From an uncultured Eubacteriales bacterium (GTDB lineage: Bacteria; Bacillota; Clostridia; Christensenellales; CAG-138), in assembly GCA_902786465.1 (NCBI GenBank), contig CADACQ010000009.1:87501-151500 (forward strand): 64,000 nucleotides of DNA, read 5' to 3'. The notes below the pieces were generated by a model. It did no database searches and was not told where the DNA came from. It saw nothing but the letters and a program-made list of their open reading frames with translations. Positions 1 to 9,375 of this stretch are shown piece after piece. Both the position numbers and the translations under genes were made by a program. Every line of letters starts with the position of its first letter. The first letter of the stretch is position 1.

Positions 1-888
1 CTTCTTGATGATCTCGGCGGCGGGCTTGCCGATCTTCTCGGACAGCTCCTTCACCGTGATCATTTCGGAAGTGATCACCGCGTGATCGATGACCACCGGG
101 GCGGGCTTGACCGCCTCCTGCTTGTTGCTCTTGCCCTTGCGGCGGCTGCCCATGGAGCCGTCCTCGTCCCACACCACAGAGGGACCGTTTTCCTTCTGCA
201 TGGCCTTCTTGTTCTTGGCCTTCTTGTCCTTGTCGTAATTGTTGTTGTTCCGGTTCCGGTTCTGATCCCGGGACCCGGCGCTGGGGTTGATGATGACGGC
301 GCGGCTGCCGCCCTGTCCTCCCTGGGGCCGCTCAGGCCGGGGACCGGCGTTGTCCCGCCGGGGCCTGTCGCCAGAGGGGGCGGGCTGACCGTCGGCCGGA
401 CGGCGATCCTGGCCGGCGGGCCGAGGGCCGTTGTCCCGACGGGGACGGTCCTCCCGGGCTACGTAGGCCGGCTTCTGGACCGGGGCCGCCGGCTTCTGGA
501 CCGGGGCTGCGGGAGCCTCTACCTGGGGGGCGGGCTGCTCCTGCGGCGCTGCCACAGGTTCCGCCGGAGCAGGGGCTTCCGCCTGGGGGGCGGGCTCCGC
601 CGGGGGTTCGGGCGCGGCCTGGGCCGTGGCTTCGCTGACCTGGTCCGCCTCGTCCGCCACATAGGCGTTGCTCTCGCCGGACTCCAGGAATCGCTTGAGC
701 CGCTCGGCCTTCTCCCGCTCCGCCTGCTCCCGCTGCTCCCGCTGCTCCTTCTCGATGAGCCGGTTCTCCGCAGCCTTGGCAGACGCAAGCAACGCCGACA
801 GAGACTCCCGGTCGGTTTTGATCCGATCCAGCAGTGCCTCTGCGCCGCTCTTGACGCTCTTCGCCGTGTCAAAGAAATTAGATGCCAT
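1..888 (-). CDS. infB: Translation initiation factor IF-2, N-terminal part (partial, continues beyond left edge)
   Basis: This frame is not in the ORF track because it runs off the window. The minus-strand ATG at 888-886 lies 5 nt after the ylxQ stop. It reads MASNFFDTAKSV..., then an acidic and Pro/Ala-rich region with PAAPVQK repeats, then ...VVIDHAVITSEMITVKELSEKIGKPAAEIIKK (IF2 N-terminal motif). The position after nusA-ylxR-ylxQ matches the conserved operon order. Confidence 0.85.
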   Translation of the reverse strand, partial: MASNFFDTAKSVKSGAEALLDRIKTDRESLSALLASAKAAENRLIEKEQREQREQAEREKAERLKRFLESGESNAYVADEADQVSEATAQAAPEPPAEPAPQAEAPAPAEPVAAPQEQPAPQVEAPAAPVQKPAAPVQKPAYVAREDRPRRDNGPRPAGQDRRPADGQPAPSGDRPRRDNAGPRPERPQGGQGGSRAVIINPSAGSRDQNRNRNNNNYDKDKKAKNKKAMQKENGPSVVWDEDGSMGSRRKGKSNKQEAVKPAPVVIDHAVITSEMITVKELSEKIGKPAAEIIKK

Positions 889-892
889 ACGT

Positions 893-1207
893 TCAACCCC
901 CTACTTCCGTTTCGGATGCCACTGCATCCCGTATCATATTTGCAAACTGTATATCCGTCACCGCCATGACCACGTGGCCCTCCCGGCCGATGGCCCGTCC
1001 CACCTCGGGGACCAGCATGAGCGGTATGTTTCTGCCCGCGCACAGGGCCGAAAAGCGGTCCCTGGTGTTTTCGGACGCGGTCTCTTCCAGCAGCACCAGT
1101 TTGGCCTTCCCCGCCTTCAGGGCGCGGGCCGCGGCGAACTCGCCGCTTTGGCACTTCCCCGCCCGGCGGCAAAGGCCCAGGCTGTTAAAGAGCTTCGTTT
1201 CCGCCAC
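893..1207 (-). CDS. ylxQ: L7Ae/YlxQ-family RNA-binding protein
   Basis: 104 aa. N-terminus is [23 protein letters not shown]..., with KLVLLEETASENT, typical of YlxQ. It lies between ylxR and infB. Confidence 0.8.
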   Translation of the reverse strand: MAETKLFNSLGLCRRAGKCQSGEFAAARALKAGKAKLVLLEETASENTRDRFSALCAGRNIPLMLVPEVGRAIGREGHVVMAVTDIQFANMIRDAVASETEVGG

Positions 1208-1463
1208 CTGCGATCACCTGCCTGAGCGCGTCCACGGCCGCCTCGGTAAGCGGCTGCTCCAATGCCCGATCCAGGGCCCGGATCTTCAAAGCCTTGTTGA
1301 GGCAGGCCTCCGACCGGCACAGGTACGCCCCCCGGCCGTTTTTGCGGCCGGTCTCATCGGCGACGATCTCGCCCTCGGGCGTGCGCACCACCCGGATCAG
1401 CTCCTTCTTGGGCTTCATCTCCCGGCAGGCCACGCACATGCGCATGGGGACCTTCTTCATCAA
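1185..1463 (-). CDS. ylxR: YlxR/RnpM (DUF448) family protein
   Basis: 92 aa with the [21 protein letters not shown]...GRGAYLC signature. It sits immediately downstream of nusA. Confidence 0.85.
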   Translation of the reverse strand: MMKKVPMRMCVACREMKPKKELIRVVRTPEGEIVADETGRKNGRGAYLCRSEACLNKALKIRALDRALEQPLTEAAVDALRQVIAGGGNEAL

Positions 1464-1467
1464 CGCC

Positions 1468-2526
<1,059 letters not shown>

Positions 2527-2547
2527 TGTCGTGTCCTTTCGTCTCTA

Positions 2548-3018
2548 TTAAAACTCGATATACGGGCGGATGAGCGCCGCGTCCTTCTTCTGGATGGTGT
2601 GGTCCTTGCCGCCCTCGGTGCGCAGGACGAAGCTTGCTTCGTCGTAGCTCACCAGGGTGCCGTGAAGATGCTTCAGGCTCTTGCCCGAGGCCATCTTGAG
2701 GGGCGAATAGAGCTTCACCTCGATGGGCTTGCCCATGTTCCGCTCGTAGTCCTTCTCGAGCTTCAGCGGCCGGTCCAGGCCCAAACTGCTGACGGACAGG
2801 GTGTAGGCCTGCTCGATGGGGTCCGCCTCGTCCAGCACCGGCTCTAGGGCCCGGCTCACCGTTTCGCAGTCCTCGATGGTGACGCCGCCCTCCCGGTCGA
2901 TGTAGAAGGTCAGCACCCAGTCGCCGTACTCCTTCTGAAACTCCACGTCCCAGAGGACGAAGCCCAGCTTCTCCACCGTCTCCCGGCACAGGGATTCGCA
3001 CAGCTCAGTGGTCTTCAC
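2548..3018 (-). CDS. rimP: Ribosome maturation factor RimP
   Basis: 156 aa with a GTG start preceded by GAGGGGAGGAA. LWDVEF...YIDREGGVTIEDCE is typical of RimP. It is the first gene of the nusA operon. Confidence 0.9.
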   Translation of the reverse strand: MKTTELCESLCRETVEKLGFVLWDVEFQKEYGDWVLTFYIDREGGVTIEDCETVSRALEPVLDEADPIEQAYTLSVSSLGLDRPLKLEKDYERNMGKPIEVKLYSPLKMASGKSLKHLHGTLVSYDEASFVLRTEGGKDHTIQKKDAALIRPYIEF

Positions 3019-3034
3019 GTCGTTCCTCCCCTCT

Positions 3035-3063
3035 CATAAGGAAAGAGTGGGTCGCCCCACTCT
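3035..3063 (-). promoter_or_regulatory. Leader hairpin (attenuator candidate) upstream of rimP
   Basis: The minus-strand RNA AGAGTGGG-GCGA-CCCACTCT forms a perfect 8-bp stem and is followed by TTCCTTAT. It lies between the predicted promoter and the rimP RBS. Confidence 0.35.
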
Positions 3064-3092
3064 CCACACTTGTTTCTCATTCCAACGGTGGC

Positions 3093-3121
3093 AGTATACC
3101 ATAGTATGTTGAAAAGCGCAA
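3093..3121 (-). promoter_or_regulatory. Sigma-A-like promoter of the rimP-nusA-infB operon
   Basis: Minus strand reads TTGCGC - 17 nt - TATACT. Confidence 0.4.
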
Positions 3122-3138
3122 GAGAAATTTCAAAGGAT

Positions 3139-3732
3139 TTACAGGCGCGCAAGCGTGCCCGAAACCAGATACATGCTGTCGTCGGAAAGGACCTGGTCCA
3201 CGGCGACGAAGGGGGCCATGAGGGCGGCAAGGTCCTCGGCGGGCATGAGGCCGTAGGACACGTGGCTGGCGCCGCCCCGGTGGTGGTCGTTGATGCGCGC
3301 CCGGCTCATGCCGTGGGCCACGGTCAGGCGGCCGCCGGGCTTGAGCTGGCGGGACAGGTTCTCAAAGAGATTTTCAGGCTCGGAAAAGTGGGGAAAGGCG
3401 TTGTAGATCAGGATGCAGTCGAACATGCCGAAAGCCGCCTCCTGAGCGTCGGCGCAGAGGATCGTGACCCGATGGTCCCCGGCGAACTTGCTTTGGGCGA
3501 CCTCCGCCATCTTGGGGGATATGTCCACCGCCGTCACGTGGGCCGCACCCCGGCTCAGGTAGTCCGGGATCAGGACGCCGGTGCCCGTGGCCACGTCCAG
3601 CGCTTCCACGCCGGGGGCCACGCCCGCCATATCTAAAATGCGGGCGATCACCGGCTCGTTGCGGACCATGCCCGCGTCCCAGGTGGGGGCCAGGCGGTCA
3701 AAGAATTCGATCACGTCCCTGGTGTCGATCAT
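3139..3732 (-). CDS. Class I SAM-dependent methyltransferase
   Basis: 197 aa with motif I LDVATGTGVL and a downstream LKPGGRL. Confidence 0.8.
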   Translation of the reverse strand: MIDTRDVIEFFDRLAPTWDAGMVRNEPVIARILDMAGVAPGVEALDVATGTGVLIPDYLSRGAAHVTAVDISPKMAEVAQSKFAGDHRVTILCADAQEAAFGMFDCILIYNAFPHFSEPENLFENLSRQLKPGGRLTVAHGMSRARINDHHRGGASHVSYGLMPAEDLAALMAPFVAVDQVLSDDSMYLVSGTLARL

Positions 3733-3740
3733 AGTTTCTC

Positions 3741-3774
3741 CTTAGAAAAGGAGCCGCACGAACATGCGGCTCCT
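3741..3774 (-). terminator. Intrinsic terminator after the decarboxylase operon
   Basis: Minus strand reads AGGAGCCGCA-tgttcg-TGCGGCTCCT followed by TTTTCT. Confidence 0.6.
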
Positions 3775-3790
3775 ATACATGCATGAGGGT

Positions 3791-5230
3791 TTAGATGGAG
3801 AGGTCCTCCACGTACAGCTCCCGGACGGCGGGGGCCGCGGGGGCTTCCTTCTTGGGCTCGGGCTTGGCTTCCGGCTCGGGCTTCACGAGGCCGTCGCGGA
3901 CGTCGAAGAACTTCTTGGCCACCTGGGGCAGGAGCGCGTAGCTCAGCACGTCCTCCTCCTGATGGGCCTGCTCGCCCAGCTCCTTCTTGTACTTTTCGAG
4001 CTCGGGCTCGATGAGATCGGCGGGACGGCAGGTGATGACCTTCTCGTCGCCGATGGCCATCTTGCGGACCTCCTCGTTCACTTCGCCGGGGAGCTTACCG
4101 TAGGCGCCGCGCAGCAGGTCCTTACTGTTGTTGGGGAAGGTCTTGTAGCGGCCCATGAGCACGTTGAAAACGGCCTGTGTACCCACGATCTGGCTGGTGG
4201 GGGTCACCAGGGGCGGATAGCCGAAGTCCTTGCGGACCTGGGGGATCTCCGCCAGCACGTCGTAGTACTTATCCTCGGCGCCAGCGTCCTTGAGCTGCTT
4301 GACCAGGTTGCTGAGCATGCCGCCGGGCACCTGATAGATGAGGGTGTTGGTATCCACCATCATGGACTTGGTGGTGTAGATGCCCTCCTGCATCATCCTC
4401 TCCTGGACCTTGCGGAAGTGCTTGGCTACCTCGGCCAAGGCGTTGAGGTCCAAGCCGGTGTCCCGCTCGGTGCCCTTCAGGGTGGCCACCAGAGATTCAG
4501 TGGCGGGCTGGGAGGTGCCGTTGCCGAAGGGGCTGAGGCAGGTGTCCACGATGTCCACGCCGGCCTGGGCGGCCATGAGGTTGGTCATGTCGCCGGTGCC
4601 GGTGGTGTTGTGGGTGTGCAGGTGGATGGGGATGTCCCCCAGCTCCGCCTTCATCTTCTTCACCAGGCTGTAGGCATCGTAGGGCAGCAGCAGGTTCGCC
4701 ATGTCCTTGATGCAGATGGAGTCAGCGCCCATCTCGACCAGCTCCTTAGCGAGCTTCACGAAGTATTCCTCGCTGTGGACCGGGGAGATGGTGTAGCTCA
4801 ACGCCGGCTCGCACCAGCCGCCGTACTTCTTGGTGTACTTGATGGCGGCTTCCAGGTTCCGAGTGTCATTCAGGGCGTCGAAGATGCGGATGATGTCGAT
4901 GCCGTTCTCGATGGCCTTGCGGCAGAAAGCCTCCACCACGTCGTCGGCATAGTGCTTGTAGCCCAGGATGTTCTGGCCGCGGAAGAGCATCTGCAGCTTG
5001 GTCTTGGGCAGGGCCTTGCGGAGCTTGCGAAGCCGCTCCCAGGGATCCTCGTTGAGGTACCGGAGGCAGGCGTCGAAGGTGGCGCCGCCCCACACCTCCA
5101 GAGACCAGAAGCCGATGTTGTCCAGGGCTTCGCAGGCGGGGAGCATGTCGGAAAGGGGCATCCGGGTGGCCGCCTTGCTTTGGTGGCCGTCCCGCAGGAT
5201 GGTATCGGTGATGTACAGTTTATTGGCCAT
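3791..5230 (-). CDS. Oxaloacetate decarboxylase alpha-type carboxyltransferase subunit (HMGL-like TIM barrel, no fused biotin domain)
   Basis: 479 aa: ITDTILRDGHQSKAATRM...EVWGGATFD...HLHTHNTTG. This matches the carboxyltransferase domain of OadA / pyruvate carboxylase subunit B. Confidence 0.85.
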   Translation of the reverse strand: MANKLYITDTILRDGHQSKAATRMPLSDMLPACEALDNIGFWSLEVWGGATFDACLRYLNEDPWERLRKLRKALPKTKLQMLFRGQNILGYKHYADDVVEAFCRKAIENGIDIIRIFDALNDTRNLEAAIKYTKKYGGWCEPALSYTISPVHSEEYFVKLAKELVEMGADSICIKDMANLLLPYDAYSLVKKMKAELGDIPIHLHTHNTTGTGDMTNLMAAQAGVDIVDTCLSPFGNGTSQPATESLVATLKGTERDTGLDLNALAEVAKHFRKVQERMMQEGIYTTKSMMVDTNTLIYQVPGGMLSNLVKQLKDAGAEDKYYDVLAEIPQVRKDFGYPPLVTPTSQIVGTQAVFNVLMGRYKTFPNNSKDLLRGAYGKLPGEVNEEVRKMAIGDEKVITCRPADLIEPELEKYKKELGEQAHQEEDVLSYALLPQVAKKFFDVRDGLVKPEPEAKPEPKKEAPAAPAVRELYVEDLSI

Positions 5231-5238
5231 AGTCTACC

Positions 5239-6318
5239 TCACTTAAACAGGGACAGGAACACGCCCGCGGCGATGGCCGAGCCGATGACGCCGGCCACGT
5301 TGGGACCCATGGCGTGCATGAGCAGGAAGTTGCCGGGCTTGGCCTTCTGACCCTCCACCTGGGAGACACGGGCCGCCATGGGCACCGCGGACACGCCGGC
5401 GGAGCCGATGAGGGGGTTGATCTTTTCCTTGAGGAAGAGGTTCATGAGCTTGGCCAGGAGCACGCCGCCGGCGGTGCCGCCGCCGAAGGCGAAGATGCCC
5501 AGAGCCATGATCTCCAGGGTCTGGAGCTTCAGGAAGTTGGCGGCCGTGGCGGTGGCGCCAACGGAAACACCCAGGAAGATGGTGACGATGTTGCACAGCT
5601 CGTTCTGGGCGGTCTTGTTGAGACGGTCGGTGACGCCGGATTCCTTAAACAGGTTGCCCAGCATCAGGCAGCCCACCAGGGGCGCCGCATCGGGCACCAG
5701 GAAGCTCACGAAGATGGTGACCGCGATGGGGAAGATGATCTTCTCCGTCTGGGACACGGCACGGAGCTGCTTCATGGTGATCTGCCGCTCCTCCTTGGTG
5801 GTCAGCGCCCGCATGATGGGGGGCTGGATCACCGGCACCAGGGCCATGTAGGAGTAGGCAGCCACGGCGATGGCGCCCAGGAGCTCAGGGGCCAGCTTGG
5901 TGGTGACCAGGATGGCCGTGGGGCCGTCCGCGCCGCCAATGATGCCGATGGAGGCGGCCTGGGGCGTGGTGAAGCCCAGGATCAGGGCGATGCCGTAGGC
6001 CATGTAGATGCCCAGCTGGGCGGCTGCGCCCAGGATCAGGGACTTGGGGTTAGCAATGAGGGGACCGAAGTCCGTCATGGCGCCGACACCCATGAAGATC
6101 AGGCACGGATAGATGCCCAGCTTGACGCCCAGGTACAGGTAGTCCAACAAGCCGCAGTTCTTGGGATCGGCCAGGGCCGCCCAGTTGACGTGGCCCTCGG
6201 CGTAGATGTCCGCATGATACAATCCCGCGCCCGGCAGGTTGGTGAGCAGCATGCCGAAGGCGATGGGGAGCAGCAGCAACGGCTCGAACTTCTTCACGAT
6301 CGCCAGATACAGCAGCAC
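5239..6318 (-). CDS. Na+-translocating decarboxylase beta subunit (OadB/GcdB/MmdB family); N-terminus disrupted, see findings
   Basis: 359 aa, a polytopic membrane protein: [24 protein letters not shown]..., [22 protein letters not shown]. The track start is a GTG with an in-frame TAG three codons upstream. Confidence 0.85.
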   Translation of the reverse strand: MLLYLAIVKKFEPLLLLPIAFGMLLTNLPGAGLYHADIYAEGHVNWAALADPKNCGLLDYLYLGVKLGIYPCLIFMGVGAMTDFGPLIANPKSLILGAAAQLGIYMAYGIALILGFTTPQAASIGIIGGADGPTAILVTTKLAPELLGAIAVAAYSYMALVPVIQPPIMRALTTKEERQITMKQLRAVSQTEKIIFPIAVTIFVSFLVPDAAPLVGCLMLGNLFKESGVTDRLNKTAQNELCNIVTIFLGVSVGATATAANFLKLQTLEIMALGIFAFGGGTAGGVLLAKLMNLFLKEKINPLIGSAGVSAVPMAARVSQVEGQKAKPGNFLLMHAMGPNVAGVIGSAIAAGVFLSLFK

Positions 6319-6386
6319 GCAGGCGGACTATCGAAGATCTGATAGAAGCCGGTCGTTTTTAAGAATTCAAGTATGGCGGTGCCCAT
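6294..6386 (-). other. Out-of-frame 30-codon ORF carrying the apparent true N-terminus and RBS of the beta subunit
   Basis: The ATG at 6386 is preceded by GAGGT, about 10 nt upstream and right after the BCCP stop. It reads [20 protein letters not shown]..., then runs out of frame into the 5239..6318 ORF. The distance from 6386 to 6318 is 68 nt, which is not a multiple of 3. Confidence 0.5.
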
Positions 6387-6404
6387 AGTTCGGTGACCTC
6401 ACAA

Positions 6405-6836
6405 TCAACCGATGGAGCACAGCAGCTGGCCGGAGGAAACGGTGGAACCCTTCTGGACGGACAGGTTGGATACGGTGCCGGCGCAGGGGGCGATGATCTC
6501 GTTCTCCATCTTCATGGCTTCCAGGATCATGAGGATCTGACCGGCGGTGACGGCCTGGCCGTTGGCTACCCGCACATCCAGGATGTTGCCGGGCATGGGG
6601 GCGTTGATGTTCTCACCCTTGCCGGCGGGGGCAGCGGCGGGCGCGGGCGCGGCCTTGGGGGCGGGCTTGGGTGCAGCGGCCTTGGGGGCGGCGGGACGGG
6701 CGGGGGCGGCGCCGGGGATGGGCCGACGGGGACCGGCGGCGGGCCGGGCAGCGGGGGCGGCGGGGGCGCCAGCGGCGATCTCTTCCACTTCCACCTGATA
6801 CAGAACACCATTCACATTGACGTTGAAAGTACGCAT
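6405..6836 (-). CDS. Biotin carboxyl carrier subunit of the decarboxylase
   Basis: 143 aa with an Ala/Pro-rich linker and the biotinylation motif EAMKMENEI. Confidence 0.9.
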   Translation of the reverse strand: MRTFNVNVNGVLYQVEVEEIAAGAPAAPAARPAAGPRRPIPGAAPARPAAPKAAAPKPAPKAAPAPAAAPAGKGENINAPMPGNILDVRVANGQAVTAGQILMILEAMKMENEIIAPCAGTVSNLSVQKGSTVSSGQLLCSIG

Positions 6837-6857
6837 GATTCCTTTTTCCTCCCTAAA

Positions 6858-7229
6858 TCAGTTCAATCTTGTAATGGATAAGATGCGGATGCCGCTTACG
6901 TCCTCGCCCATGACGGTGGCGATGGCGGCGGCGATGGCGGCCACCAGGCTCTGGCGGTCTTCAAACTCCTCCGCCTCGGGCTCGGGTGCCGGCTCCGGTT
7001 CGGCCGCGGCGGCGACGGGCGCGGCAGGTTGTTCTGCGGGCATGGCTTTTGCCGCCTGCTCAGCTTTCTTGGCCGTCGATCTGCCCAGGATCTTCCCCAG
7101 CAGGGTGATGATCAGGATCAACGCAAGCAAGCCTACGAAGACGGTGCCAAAGCCCAGCACGAATACGGTGGGGAACGGAAGATCGGTGTTCGCCGCTACC
7201 ATTGCCCATAGACTCATGTTGGTCAACAT
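6858..7229 (-). CDS. OadG-like small membrane subunit
   Basis: Trimmed to the ATG at 7229, preceded by CAGGAGGGAAAA. It has one TM segment (FVLGFGTVFVGLLALILIITLLG), an acidic Ala/Pro linker, and the C-terminal AAIAAAIATVMGE motif typical of OadG. Confidence 0.7.
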   Translation of the reverse strand: MLTNMSLWAMVAANTDLPFPTVFVLGFGTVFVGLLALILIITLLGKILGRSTAKKAEQAAKAMPAEQPAAPVAAAAEPEPAPEPEAEEFEDRQSLVAAIAAAIATVMGEDVSGIRILSITRLN

Positions 7230-7362
7230 TTTTCCCTCCTGCAAGTTTTCATGCATTATGAGTCTTCATTATGACCCATCTTTTATTAAATTCGACGCAA
7301 ATCCTCTTTTCCCTTCTTCCTTCTCAGGAATCGTTAATATATTTTCCGGTCATGCTGTTCCT

Positions 7363-8061
7363 ATGCTGATACTGTTTCTCCGGGCGGTGCTCCTGTACGT
7401 CTTCATCCTCTTCATCCTGCGCATGACGGGCAAGCGGCAGATCGCGGATCTGCAGCCCTTCGACCTCATCATCACCATGGCCATCGCGGACCTTGCTTCC
7501 ACGGCCATCGCGGACACGGACATCCCCCTGCTCTACAGCGTGGTGCCCATTTTGGCTCTGTACCTGGTCCAGCAGGCGGTGGCCTTTTTGAGCCTCCGAT
7601 CCCGGCGGTTCCGGACCTTCGTGTGCGGGTCCCCCCTGCTGCTGGTCCGGGAGGGGGTCCTTCAGGAGGGGATCATGCGGCAGGCCAACTACACCGTTTC
7701 GGACCTCTCCGACCATCTGCGGGCCCAGCAGGTCTTCGACCTGAAGTCCGTCCAGTACGCCATCCTGGAGACCAACGGCTCCCTGTCGGTGCTGGAAAAG
7801 CAGAAGGCGGACCAGCCCCAGCCCAAGCTCAGCTACATGCTGATCCTGGACGGGGAGTTCTGCCGGACGGCCCTCAAGCACCTTCGCATCCGCCCCAAGG
7901 CCCTGAAGGAACTGCTGCGGCGGTTCGGGGTGACGGATATAGGGGACGTGTTCTATCTCCAATACCTGGGGGACGGGTCGTTGCGGCTGCAGCTGAAGGC
8001 GAAGCGGGGCGCGAAGATCAAGGACATCCCGAAGAAGGAGGCGAAGGAGCTGTGTTCGTAA
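7363..8061 (+). CDS. DUF421 (YetF-like) membrane protein
   Basis: Trimmed from the 6817 track ORF, whose first 182 codons are antisense to oadG/BCCP. It reads MLILFLRAVLLYVFILFILRMTGKRQIADLQPFDLIITMAIADLAS. Confidence 0.8.
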   Translation: MLILFLRAVLLYVFILFILRMTGKRQIADLQPFDLIITMAIADLASTAIADTDIPLLYSVVPILALYLVQQAVAFLSLRSRRFRTFVCGSPLLLVREGVLQEGIMRQANYTVSDLSDHLRAQQVFDLKSVQYAILETNGSLSVLEKQKADQPQPKLSYMLILDGEFCRTALKHLRIRPKALKELLRRFGVTDIGDVFYLQYLGDGSLRLQLKAKRGAKIKDIPKKEAKELCS

Positions 8062-8420
8062 AGGTCCGGCAGGCGTTCACCGTGGGGGCGATCCTGTTTC
8101 TGCTCATGCTGTTCCTCCTCCCCTCCCTGTACCTTAAGCGCGAATGCGAAGCCCTGAACCAGCTCTGCGACCAAGTGGTCAGCAGCCGGGACGGGGCCGC
8201 CTATGACGAGCTGAAGGAGCGCTATGAGGCCATGCGGGGCAAGGCGGAGCTGTTTTTGGATCACAAGGTCATGGACGAGGCCACGGTGCCTCTGGAGCTC
8301 ATGGGGGTGTACCTGGACGCTGGCGACGCCGTTGCCTTAGAGGCTGCAGCGGCGGAATTCCGGCAGGCCCTTCGGTGCATGCTGTCCATCGAGACGGGGG
8401 ATATCCGGCTGCTTTTGTAA
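8052..8420 (+). CDS. DUF4363-like small membrane-anchored protein
   Basis: The GTG start overlaps the DUF421 stop. It has one N-terminal TM segment followed by a helical region. A DUF421-DUF4363 pairing is common in spore formers. Confidence 0.6.
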   Translation: MFVKVRQAFTVGAILFLLMLFLLPSLYLKRECEALNQLCDQVVSSRDGAAYDELKERYEAMRGKAELFLDHKVMDEATVPLELMGVYLDAGDAVALEAAAAEFRQALRCMLSIETGDIRLLL

Positions 8421-8451
8421 CTTTTTCGCAACGGGGCGGTATACTCGGGGC

Positions 8452-9318
8452 ATGAAGAAAAGGATCGACAAATCCCAGCTTTGGGCCGCTTTGACCCTGC
8501 TGCTTTTGGCGGCGTCCGTTTGGTTCGGACTGCCGCCCTACTACCATTTCGTGGCCGTGGGCTTAGCCGCCCTGGCCCTCCCCGCCCTGCTCTGGCGCAA
8601 GGGGGCCTTTTGGATCGCGCTGCTGGCCCTGGTGGGCTGCGGTGTCTTCCTGCTGCGCTTTCGGGCCTCCGGCTACCACTTTACCGCCCTGATCCCCCTG
8701 ACCGCCGCGGTCCTGATGCCGGTGTTCCGGTTCGGAAAGCGAGGGTTGAAGCGCCTGGCGGGGGCGGCCTTGGCGTTGGGGCTGGTCCTGTTTTTCGCGG
8801 CGGAGATCCCCATCCTGTACACCGCCCTCACCGCCGCCGAAAGCGACGCCCCCTACGTGATCGTCCTGGGTGCGGCGGTCTACGGCGAGACCCCCTCCAT
8901 CTCCCTGCGGCACCGGTCGGACCGGGCGGCGGCGCACCTACAACGCAACCCGGACGCCGTGGCCGTGGTCTCCGGCGGCCAGGGCGAAGGCGAGGACATC
9001 TCCGAGGCGGAAGCCATGCGCCGGTATCTCGTCGACAAGGGCGTAGCGGGCGACCGCATCCTTTTGGAGGACGCCTCCACCTCCACGTTGGAAAACTTGA
9101 CTTTTTCCAAACGGGTCATCGAAAACAGCGGCGGGGACCCCGCCCGGGTGGCCGTGGTGTCCAGCTCCTACCACCTGTACCGGGCAAAGCGCATGGCGGC
9201 CGCCCTGGGCATGGCGGCGGAGGGCCTCCCCAGCTCCGACGGCTATCCCGTCTACATGACGGGCATGTACCTCCGGGAGGCCGTGGCCGTGTGGAAGCTG
9301 TGGGTCCTGGGTATATAA
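8452..9318 (+). CDS. YdcF/ElyC-family (DUF218) membrane protein
   Basis: 288 aa with N-terminal TM segments, then YVIVLGAAVYG...VVSGGQGEGEDISEAEAM...VVSSSYHLYRA. Confidence 0.8.
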   Translation: MKKRIDKSQLWAALTLLLLAASVWFGLPPYYHFVAVGLAALALPALLWRKGAFWIALLALVGCGVFLLRFRASGYHFTALIPLTAAVLMPVFRFGKRGLKRLAGAALALGLVLFFAAEIPILYTALTAAESDAPYVIVLGAAVYGETPSISLRHRSDRAAAHLQRNPDAVAVVSGGQGEGEDISEAEAMRRYLVDKGVAGDRILLEDASTSTLENLTFSKRVIENSGGDPARVAVVSSSYHLYRAKRMAAALGMAAEGLPSSDGYPVYMTGMYLREAVAVWKLWVLGI

Positions 9319-9340
9319 AAAGCCGCTTCCTGACGAAGCG
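9317..9340 (-). terminator. Terminator after rluB
   Basis: Minus strand reads CGCTTC-gtcag-GAAGCG followed by GCTTTTTA. Confidence 0.45.
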
Positions 9341-9350
9341 ACTCTGTATA

Positions 9351-9374
9351 GGAACGGGAGACCGTTCCTTTTTC
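9351..9374 (+). terminator. Terminator after the DUF218 gene
   Basis: GGAACGG-gaga-CCGTTCC followed by TTTTT. Confidence 0.6.
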
Positions 9375-9375
9375 G

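Noticed and set aside
468-509. Perfect 21-nt tandem duplication (CCGGCTTCTGGACCGGGGC...)
   Set aside because: It lies within the infB N-terminal low-complexity region and encodes PAAPVQK twice. This is ordinary variable-linker repetition rather than a regulatory repeat.
82-1225. Track ORFs 82..969(+), 519..1172(-) and 668..1225(+) in the leftmost kilobase
   Set aside because: The real gene here is infB, in a minus-strand frame the track omits because it is open at the window edge. The listed ORFs are Arg/Pro/Gly-rich alternative frames.
6817-7362. N-terminal 182 codons of the 6817..8061 ORF
   Set aside because: This part is antisense to the BCCP and OadG-like genes and has no membrane-protein character. 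The DUF421 homology begins at the ATG at 7363.
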